DNA of 32,633 nt from Patescibacteria group bacterium (GTDB lineage Bacteria > Patescibacteriota > Minisyncoccia > Phycocordibacterales > PALSA-1337): the NCBI GenBank assembly GCA_030917665.1, contig JAUPUH010000064.1, positions 1-32,633 on the forward strand, written 5' to 3'. Position numbers and translations under genes: made by a program. This document shows positions 25,315 through 31,850 of the stretch, piece after piece (the first letter of the stretch is position 1; every line of letters starts with the position of its first letter). A model generated the notes under the pieces. It was not told the origin of the DNA, did no database searches, and worked only from the letters and a program-made list of their open reading frames with translations.

Positions 25315-25377
25315 TTTCACCTGACACGACTCACCGCTCACTGAAGCCGCTGGCTTTAGTCGGCGGTTTTCATTTAC

Positions 25378-25824
25378 CTAAAATTTCCTACTATCGTATG
25401 CCCAATGGAGCAATGCCTGGCGCTGACGAGGACGGCAATGTACATCCCCTGCCCTGCAATTATTCCGTATTTGCACAATATGTCTTCGCATCGCTTTCCA
25501 TCTTTTTATCTGTCGAGCATCTTCATCTGGAATTCTTCGGCCAAGGTAGTAACGACAATACCACTCAAACCAACCTCGTGGATCGTATTTCGATATCCAA
25601 CCTTTTGCTTTCCATACCGAGAGCGGTTGGCTCGCATTCACACCAAAGTAATTTAGATTCTTGTCGTGCTTTTCTGAATTTAATTTTGCATTTTCGAACC
25701 AGTCACGCGGATATTCTAAAGGCTTGTCAGACATGTAGTGTCCACCAAAGACTCCAAGCTCAAGCATTTCCTTCGGAGTGAGTTCGGGTTTGAATTCTGG
25801 ATCAAAGTTATCGGGGAATTTCAT
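25378..25824 (-). CDS. conserved hypothetical protein with Trp/Arg-rich motif
   Basis: I take the start at ATG 25824 (MKFPDNF...), with TATACT (25836-25831) 6 nt upstream. The motif KGWISKYDPRGWFEWYCRYYLGRRIPDEDARQIKRW looks like a widely conserved uncharacterised family that I cannot name. The antisense ORF 25311..25781 is judged to be a shadow. Confidence 0.65.
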   Translation of the reverse strand: MKFPDNFDPEFKPELTPKEMLELGVFGGHYMSDKPLEYPRDWFENAKLNSEKHDKNLNYFGVNASQPLSVWKAKGWISKYDPRGWFEWYCRYYLGRRIPDEDARQIKRWKAMRRHIVQIRNNCRAGDVHCRPRQRQALLHWAYDSRKF

Positions 25825-25954
25825 ATAAATAGTATACCGCACATGTAGCCTGTGGATTATTTTGACTTTATCATAAAAAGATGTTACTCTCCTTGTCGGG
25901 TCCTATCTCACCACTGACGGTGTTAAGGGCATGTACACAAACGGAAATTGAAAA

Positions 25955-27070
25955 ATGAAAATGAAACTGACGGTAATGGTCGCCACACTCGTGGCGATTT
26001 CTAGTCTCGGCCTGCAAGCGCAGGAACTCACCAAGGAACAGTATTATGGACTCGAGCTCTTGGCTCAAGACGCTCGTGATGCCCTTGAGGAAAGTGAACG
26101 CAAGGCTGCTGAAGCTTACGCCAAACTCAGTCCGGAAGAACGGCTCGTACGGCAAATTCTCCTGGAAAAACAGAGGGAAGAGTACGAAAAAATCCGCGCG
26201 ATCATAACACCGCCAGAAATCACACCAGAGATGGTTGCGAAAGCGCAGCAGAACCGGCGTCTCAATAAAATCACAGTAACCCCAATCGTCGCGAAAATTG
26301 CTTCCATCTCAGAAGGCGGCGGGATTCAGGAGTTATCCTTCGGTGGATGCGGGGCTGATTCCAATCAGTTCTACAATGTCCCACTCTTCGATGCGGCAAC
26401 GCCTCCGCAGTGGCAAACTGAAAATGCACCAACCACCTACTACCCCTGGAGTTACTATGTCAACACGATTGACTTCACGGGAAGAAAGGCGATTCGCTCA
26501 GGTGCATTCTCAGCGAACTTCTCCAGTTCACCGCTCTACTACACCCTGACGAACAATTGGGATACGTACGGCGTACCTCTGAACCACCGTCTGACATTCA
26601 AATATACGTTTACGAAATCAGCTACGGCGGATGTCTTCAGGTTGCAAATCGGCTCGCTTCTCACGAACCTGCCGGTATCGTCAGGATGGACACAGGTGTC
26701 ATTCGTCATCCCACCATTCCCACGGACACAGACGAATGCTCAAGTGACCTTTACGGTCTTCAAGCAATCAACACAATCGTCCAGTCCGAGAGCAGACCTC
26801 TATGCGGTGCAATGGTGCACCGAAGTCCGCCCGGACAATAGGGCGATTAAGGCCCAAGCGGTCGGGAGTTCAGTGGCCGTCAGTTGGTCGCATGAGTCAT
26901 GTCCGACGAACTATTGGAGTCTCATGTACTCTCCGATCATGAACACAAACGAAGTGTTCTGGAGTACGAACATCGGCACGAGTCCCATCGTGTATTCGAA
27001 TACAACAGCGGTCGTGACCTTCCCTGCAACCGGCAGCGAACGTTACTATCGGCTCAAGCGAAACTTCTAA
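25955..27070 (+). CDS. secreted protein, helical N-region plus beta-rich (jelly-roll/Ig-like) C-region
   Basis: The signal peptide is MKMKLTVMVATLVAISSLGLQAQ. The beta-rich C-terminal half ends in ERYYRLKRNF. A terminator follows. Confidence 0.65.
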   Translation: MKMKLTVMVATLVAISSLGLQAQELTKEQYYGLELLAQDARDALEESERKAAEAYAKLSPEERLVRQILLEKQREEYEKIRAIITPPEITPEMVAKAQQNRRLNKITVTPIVAKIASISEGGGIQELSFGGCGADSNQFYNVPLFDAATPPQWQTENAPTTYYPWSYYVNTIDFTGRKAIRSGAFSANFSSSPLYYTLTNNWDTYGVPLNHRLTFKYTFTKSATADVFRLQIGSLLTNLPVSSGWTQVSFVIPPFPRTQTNAQVTFTVFKQSTQSSSPRADLYAVQWCTEVRPDNRAIKAQAVGSSVAVSWSHESCPTNYWSLMYSPIMNTNEVFWSTNIGTSPIVYSNTTAVVTFPATGSERYYRLKRNF

Positions 27071-27089
27071 TCCGTTTCAGTTCTTTCAC

Positions 27090-27123
27090 CTCCCGCAGGC
27101 CACAAGCCCGCGGGAGTATTTTT
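27090..27123 (+). terminator. intrinsic terminator
   Basis: Stem ctcccgcagg / cccgcgggag (one mismatch) with a 7-nt loop, followed by tattttta. Confidence 0.7.
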
Positions 27124-27649
27124 ATTTCTTTTCTTGAAACCCCATCTTCCCTTTTGGCTTCGGTGGTGGTTCAAGCAGATGCTTTACGACTGCATGTACG
27201 CTTTTCAGAAGATCTCCATGCTCTTTTTGTTTCTTTTCAACTTCACCAATCCTGATTTCCAAATCTTTGTTTGATAGAACTAATTCTTTAACCTTTATAA
27301 ATACGCGAATAATCAGAATATTCATCTGCACTGCTATCTCACTTCTTAAGACTGATGAAAGCATTGCGACGCCATGTTCAGTGAATGCGTAGGGTAAATA
27401 TTTGATATTACGGTGTACGTGTGAACCGGTTCCAATTTGGAACCGGTTACTGTACTCCTCGACAGTTAGTTGAAACATAAAATCCACAGGAAACCTCTCT
27501 AGATTTCTCTTAACAGCTTTATTGAGATTTTTCGTCTCAACTCTATATAACTCCGCCAAATCAGAATCGAGCATAACTCTGTAGCCACGGATAACATAGA
27601 TCCTTTGTTTAATGATTTCTTCCGGATCAATTTTTATCTTTTCACTCAT
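27122..27649 (-). CDS. ORF6N domain (KilA-N-related DNA-binding) protein
   Basis: IRGYRVMLDSDLAELYRVETKNLNKAVKRNLERFPVDFMFQLTVEE is the typical ORF6N signature, followed by a C-terminal coiled coil. The promoter is TTGCTT (27687-27682), N17, TATTAT (27664-27659), with the ATG 9 nt downstream. Confidence 0.85.
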   Translation of the reverse strand: MSEKIKIDPEEIIKQRIYVIRGYRVMLDSDLAELYRVETKNLNKAVKRNLERFPVDFMFQLTVEEYSNRFQIGTGSHVHRNIKYLPYAFTEHGVAMLSSVLRSEIAVQMNILIIRVFIKVKELVLSNKDLEIRIGEVEKKQKEHGDLLKSVHAVVKHLLEPPPKPKGKMGFQEKK

Positions 27650-27745
27650 GATGTTTCAATAATAAAATCGGCTCGCTTATCAAGCAACTGAAAAATTCAT
27701 TAAAATTTTAAACTTCTGTGGAAAAGTGGCGGCAAATTTACCAAA

Positions 27746-28996
27746 TTAAAGAAACAACAAATCCCTATCCAAATCTTCCATTTCGGTGCCGAGGCCTTTG
27801 CTTTTAAGCGCATCGTGAGTCGAAGCGAGATAGACCATGCGCTTGCCGTGCTTTTCTTCGAGCTTGTCGATTTGCTTGTGGACTGCTTCGAATTTATGCG
27901 CCCTGTCGGTACCTCCGAAGAGATCATTCTGTGCTGCACCTTCGGGCACCAAGCCGAGCAAGCTCACGCCGGTAGTGCGATAGAGGACGCCTTTCATATG
28001 CATGCCTTTGAAATGTTCGCGGACAAGCGCCATGAGAGGCTCTGGCGTATTGGTCGGCGAGATTAAATTGAAAGAACGATTGATATACTGAAAATCCCTC
28101 GTCTTAAGAAAAATGGAAACTGCTTTCGGTACGAGTTTGAAATGCCGAGCCTTGGCACAAGCCTCTTCCATATTCTTTGAAAATTGAGAAAGGAGAAATA
28201 CCTCATCGTTCGTTGCTGGATGGAATGACCGCGTACGCTGCATGGACGAATACTCTGTCTTCGAATGCGGATCGAGCTCCATGACGGACACGCCCCTCAA
28301 TTCCTGCCAGATCGCCTCATGAGGCTTTGAGAGATGCTCCCTCACCCACGAAACATCTTTCATGACGAAATCCTGCGCTGTCTTTATCCCCTTCTTCATC
28401 ATCGCCACTGACGTCTGCGCACCGATGCCCCAGATCTTTCCGATCGGCGTTTCTGAAAGATATTTCCCTATCTCATCCTGCCCGATGACCGTCAGTCCAT
28501 CCGGCTTCTGATGCTTCGATGCGACTTTCGCCAAGACCTTCGTCGGCGCCAATCCTACCGACACCGTCAGCCCGAGCTCCTCGGTAATTTCCTTCTTGAT
28601 CCGTTCCGCCATCTGCCGATAGGTCATCTTGAGCGGAGGCTCGAGACCAGTGAGATCAGCGAAGCATTCGTCGATGCTGTATTCCTCCACGTCATCGGCA
28701 TACCTGCGCACAATGTCGAACATCTTTGATGAATAGTCGGCGTAGGATTTGTAGTCTCCGGGAAGGATGATGACCTTGGGGTAGAGTTTCTTGAGCCTGA
28801 AGACGGGCATGCCTCGACTGATACCAAGAGCCTTGGCTTCGTATGACAATGCTGTGACGATTCCCTTCTCCTGACCAGTGACGACAGGCAGGCCCTTGAG
28901 CTTGGGGTTCTTGGCAACTTCAACACCGACGAAGAAAGCGTCACCGTCCATGTGGAGGATCATTTTAGATTGAGAGCGGTTTAGAAAGACGGCCAT
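27746..28996 (-). CDS. dinB: Y-family DNA polymerase IV
   Basis: ILHMDGDAFFVGVE, SIDECFADLT and KVLAKVASKHQKPDGLTVI are present. The start is either ATG 28996 (7 nt after a TATAAT) or the internal ATG 28963. Confidence 0.9.
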   Translation of the reverse strand: MAVFLNRSQSKMILHMDGDAFFVGVEVAKNPKLKGLPVVTGQEKGIVTALSYEAKALGISRGMPVFRLKKLYPKVIILPGDYKSYADYSSKMFDIVRRYADDVEEYSIDECFADLTGLEPPLKMTYRQMAERIKKEITEELGLTVSVGLAPTKVLAKVASKHQKPDGLTVIGQDEIGKYLSETPIGKIWGIGAQTSVAMMKKGIKTAQDFVMKDVSWVREHLSKPHEAIWQELRGVSVMELDPHSKTEYSSMQRTRSFHPATNDEVFLLSQFSKNMEEACAKARHFKLVPKAVSIFLKTRDFQYINRSFNLISPTNTPEPLMALVREHFKGMHMKGVLYRTTGVSLLGLVPEGAAQNDLFGGTDRAHKFEAVHKQIDKLEEKHGKRMVYLASTHDALKSKGLGTEMEDLDRDLLFL

Positions 28997-29003
28997 GCCC
29001 TAT

Positions 29004-29033
29004 ATTATAGGTGAACGGATGTTCACTAGGCAA
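29004..29033 (-). promoter_or_regulatory. dinB promoter
   Basis: The minus strand reads TTGCCT (29033-29028), N18, TATAAT (29009-29004). Confidence 0.5.
29011..29026. promoter_or_regulatory. Cheo-type LexA (SOS) box candidate
   Basis: gtGAACggatGTTCac is the GAAC-N4-GTTC palindrome. It lies exactly in the spacer between the -35 and -10 elements of the dinB promoter. Confidence 0.55.
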
Positions 29034-29085
29034 GGGATAATCAAATTTCTCTTGCTTTTATGTTTCATGGGTGTATTATCCTGGC

Positions 29086-29511
29086 ATGAGCTTAGATCTC
29101 AAAGACATCAAAATTGTTGAAAGTGAAAGTTTTATTTTCACCCTTTTCAATTTTCTCTTTTTAATACTGCCTGGAGTTGCAATTATTTATATATTTAATA
29201 ATGAACTCTTTATAAATGCTGATTGGATAAAAATTATCCTCATATCAGGAGCTGTAACAGCTCCCTTGGTGCTTGTAAATACTTTTATATTAGTCACAAT
29301 ATTTATGTGTAATAAAAAAAGTACTGAGAGCAGTCTATTCATTTCATTTTCTTTGAGTGTTCTCTTAAGTGGTCTAATTCTATACACAAATATTGCCCTT
29401 CATTATATTTTTGAAAAAACATTTAGGAGTGGGGTTTACTTTACATTTGCTATAGAATTTATACTTATAGTAATAATGGGAATTCGTCTCAAAGGTATGC
29501 GAAAAAAATAA
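29086..29511 (+). CDS. small integral membrane protein (AT-rich island)
   Basis: About 4 TM helices. ATG 29086 lies 6 nt after TATTAT (29074-29079), with TTGCTT at 29052-29057. The track start is GTG 29071. Confidence 0.6.
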   Translation: MSLDLKDIKIVESESFIFTLFNFLFLILPGVAIIYIFNNELFINADWIKIILISGAVTAPLVLVNTFILVTIFMCNKKSTESSLFISFSLSVLLSGLILYTNIALHYIFEKTFRSGVYFTFAIEFILIVIMGIRLKGMRKK

Positions 29512-29683
29512 AGTTACTCGACGAATGCTGTACAGTTTTTTAAATGTTTTTCTTTTTCGATTTTTTTTGATATACTTAAGCAATAATTTAATAGTCTCTA
29601 GGATGTCACTAATTTCAATTTCTCCTTTTTCAAAATTACTTCTTACAACACAAATTTTGCTTGTTGTAATCTTTTCTTTTAAC

Positions 29684-29730
29684 ATCGTATCAGATAGAAT
29701 GTTCTCAAAGAACATTCTATCTGATACGAT
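29684..29730. repeat. perfect 22-bp inverted repeat (palindrome)
   Basis: atcgtatcagatagaatgttct (29684-29705), loop caa, agaacattctatctgatacgat (29709-29730). Confidence 0.9.
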
Positions 29731-29759
29731 TCGCAGGTAAAATAAAGTTATACTAGATT

Positions 29760-29796
29760 AACAAAAAAGTATCCGTTTATCAGATACTTTTTTGTT
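29760..29796. terminator. bidirectional terminator-like hairpin
   Basis: 14-bp stem aacaaaaaagtatc / gatacttttttgtt with a 9-nt loop. The A/T runs are built into the stem ends. Confidence 0.65.
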
Positions 29797-29807
29797 TTAA
29801 ATATTTT

Positions 29808-29990
29808 TTATTTAGGAAACTTTACCCCCCTCATAACTTCCCTCTGCTCCTCACTGGCTTTCTTTGCCACATCCAAAAATACCTTCTTTTTTTCTCCAGA
29901 AGATGCAGTACGAAAAAACTTAGAAAACTCACTCGAGTTATCTTTGCTTTCTGAATTACGAGTCATTTTTGATATGATTTCCCTGAACAT
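29808..29990 (-). CDS. 60-aa protein translationally coupled downstream of the zeta toxin gene
   Basis: The ATG lies 2 nt after the zeta TAG stop (TAGctATG). The peptide is charged and probably helical (KKKVFLDVAKKASEEQREVM). I recognise no family. Confidence 0.45.
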   Translation of the reverse strand: MFREIISKMTRNSESKDNSSEFSKFFRTASSGEKKKVFLDVAKKASEEQREVMRGVKFPK

Positions 29991-29992
29991 AG

Positions 29993-30703
29993 CTAGATAA
30001 TAATTAACTTTCTTAAATCATCTACAGTGTACTTTTCTGGGATATAATTGTCAACTACGTCAATGTTCTCCCGATAATTAAAATCAGTACCGTCAATATT
30101 TTTGACAACCAAATCAACTCTCAATTTATTACCAAATTCTTTCTTTAAAAGATTAGTATTCGTTCTAGCTAAAAAATATTGATTAATAAATGCTTCCAAT
30201 GGCACCTTTCTACCATCCTTTTGCTCACGTGCTTTTACAAAGTTCCAAGCCTGGAGAGGCTCTTGGTAGACGTACAAGATTTGTGTGAATCTGTTTTTGT
30301 TCAATGATCTTTGTATATTTTGCTTCGACCGATCAAGATTCGAAAGGGTTCCATCGAATACAAAACTTTGTTTGTTCTTAAGAGCACAATCTTGAATGTT
30401 GTCTGCGATAATAGAGGTAGCGCTCATGAAAAGACTCGAATTTGTGCCATTGTACTCACTAAATTTTGATCTTAGTTCATCTGGGTCAATACGGAGAACA
30501 AAATGACTATCTTTGGAAAGTTTCTCGATAAGATTTCTTGAGGACTCTGTTTTCCCTGCACCAGGAGAACCTGCCATAAACACAGATACAGGAAATTCGT
30601 CTGGAATAAATAGTGATAAGTTAGTTATCTCTTTCGCGATTACTTTCTTGTTCTTTCGGGCATATTCTTCTGCTCGTTCTTTAATTAAAGCTTCTTCGGA
30701 CAT
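29993..30703 (-). CDS. zeta-toxin family kinase (P-loop)
   Basis: The Walker A motif is FMAGSPGAGKTESS. RIDPDELRSKFSEYNG and FVFDGTLSN fit the Zeta_toxin family. The promoter is TTCAAA (30739-30734), N17, TATAAT (30716-30711), with the ATG 7 nt downstream. Confidence 0.85.
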   Translation of the reverse strand: MSEEALIKERAEEYARKNKKVIAKEITNLSLFIPDEFPVSVFMAGSPGAGKTESSRNLIEKLSKDSHFVLRIDPDELRSKFSEYNGTNSSLFMSATSIIADNIQDCALKNKQSFVFDGTLSNLDRSKQNIQRSLNKNRFTQILYVYQEPLQAWNFVKAREQKDGRKVPLEAFINQYFLARTNTNLLKKEFGNKLRVDLVVKNIDGTDFNYRENIDVVDNYIPEKYTVDDLRKLIII

Positions 30704-30754
30704 AACATTGATTATATCTGAATTATCTCTTCTTTTGAAGAAAAAACCCTGTAA

Positions 30755-31846
30755 TTATTTCCCTGCTTTTGTTCGGTTGTCTTGTTTACACAACATCTGA
30801 CAATTTTCAGTGATTGTTTTCCCTCCCTCATGCCAAGGAGTAACGTGATCGGCCTCCATTTCTGAAATATCGAATTCTTTTTTACAAAATGAACAAATAC
30901 CATCTTGTCGCTCATAGGCTTCACGCTTCATTTTGTCAGTGAATGCACGAATTGAAAGATATTTTTCTTGTCGATTAAGAACATAAGGATAAATGCCGGA
31001 TTTCTTGGTTACGTCTTCATCTTGCATAAACTCTATAATCTCAGACTCTAACTTACTGGAACTTAATTTTTTATCCTTAAATTGATTATAAAGCTCACCC
31101 CATTGAACTACGCTCATTTCTTTACGATAATTGGGGAATGTCTTTCGTACCCATATAACAACATCCTGGAAATACTGCCACAGTTTATCAGCATTCTTGT
31201 CATGCTGATGCTTAGCCATATAATCCTCTATCTTACCATCATTAATCCATGATAAAGCAGTTTCTAAATATTCCTGACGAATTGGGGACCCGCTTAGCAA
31301 CTGACCGCCATCATTTGCAAGAAGGTATGCGACACAATTAGTCTTACTAAATTTAAGCTTTGCATCAGAAAGCCAAGGACCAGTATATACCGCATTACGT
31401 AACTCTTGTTCTGTAAGCTTTTCACCAGCTATATTAATAATCCTGAACCAATCTAACCTTTCCTTATCTGTCCCCTCACAGAAATAGATCATTAACTCAT
31501 AATCCAAGATATGATTTTGTTCTTCAGTTGTCAGGTTATGAAAAAATCGATCATTGAGCGAAAAATCTCCGTTTACATACTGTCCAATACTAATAGTACG
31601 TTGCTGTCCGTCCAACACCTCAAAATCACCCTCATCAGTCTTAACCCAATACATTACATTAAGCGGAAATCCATTTTTAATTGTTTCAATAACCGCATCA
31701 CGTTGATGGCCTTTATAAACAAATTCACGCTGGTATTTTGGTCGAATATTAAGCTTACCGCCATAAGCAACAACACCTTCCTCTGCACTATCTTCATAAC
31801 CTTTTATTACATACCGTACTTGAATTTTTTGTAATTCTATTTTCAT
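30755..31846 (-). CDS. DUF262 (ParB/GmrSD-N-like) domain protein with C-terminal HNH nuclease
   Basis: IRPKYQREFVY and LDGQQRTISI are DUF262 signatures. The C-terminal segment CSFCKKEFDISEMEADHVTPWHEGGKTITENCQMLCKQDNRTK is an HNH motif. Confidence 0.85.
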   Translation of the reverse strand: MKIELQKIQVRYVIKGYEDSAEEGVVAYGGKLNIRPKYQREFVYKGHQRDAVIETIKNGFPLNVMYWVKTDEGDFEVLDGQQRTISIGQYVNGDFSLNDRFFHNLTTEEQNHILDYELMIYFCEGTDKERLDWFRIINIAGEKLTEQELRNAVYTGPWLSDAKLKFSKTNCVAYLLANDGGQLLSGSPIRQEYLETALSWINDGKIEDYMAKHQHDKNADKLWQYFQDVVIWVRKTFPNYRKEMSVVQWGELYNQFKDKKLSSSKLESEIIEFMQDEDVTKKSGIYPYVLNRQEKYLSIRAFTDKMKREAYERQDGICSFCKKEFDISEMEADHVTPWHEGGKTITENCQMLCKQDNRTKAGK

Positions 31847-31850
31847 ATTA

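Noticed and set aside
25311-25781. A 156-aa plus-strand ORF lies opposite 25378..25824.
   Set aside because: The minus-strand product has a coherent conserved-looking motif block and a -10 box at its ATG. The plus-strand product looks random and would run through the terminator-like hairpin after 24988..25314.
1041-28996. I considered whether the GC-rich blocks are classical integrated elements (prophage, ICE or IS) or an assembly chimera.
   Set aside because: I found no integrase, transposase, capsid gene, tRNA or att-type direct repeats. The blocks alternate repeatedly with housekeeping genes and share promoter and terminator styles, which a chimeric contig would not explain. This stays as an open finding rather than a mobile-element call.
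29380-29715. A 111-aa minus-strand ORF lies in the AT-rich spacer.
   Set aside because: Its ATG lies inside the 22-bp palindrome. It overlaps the 3' end of 29086..29511 by about 130 nt, and it is Lys/Phe-rich as expected from AT-rich non-coding DNA.
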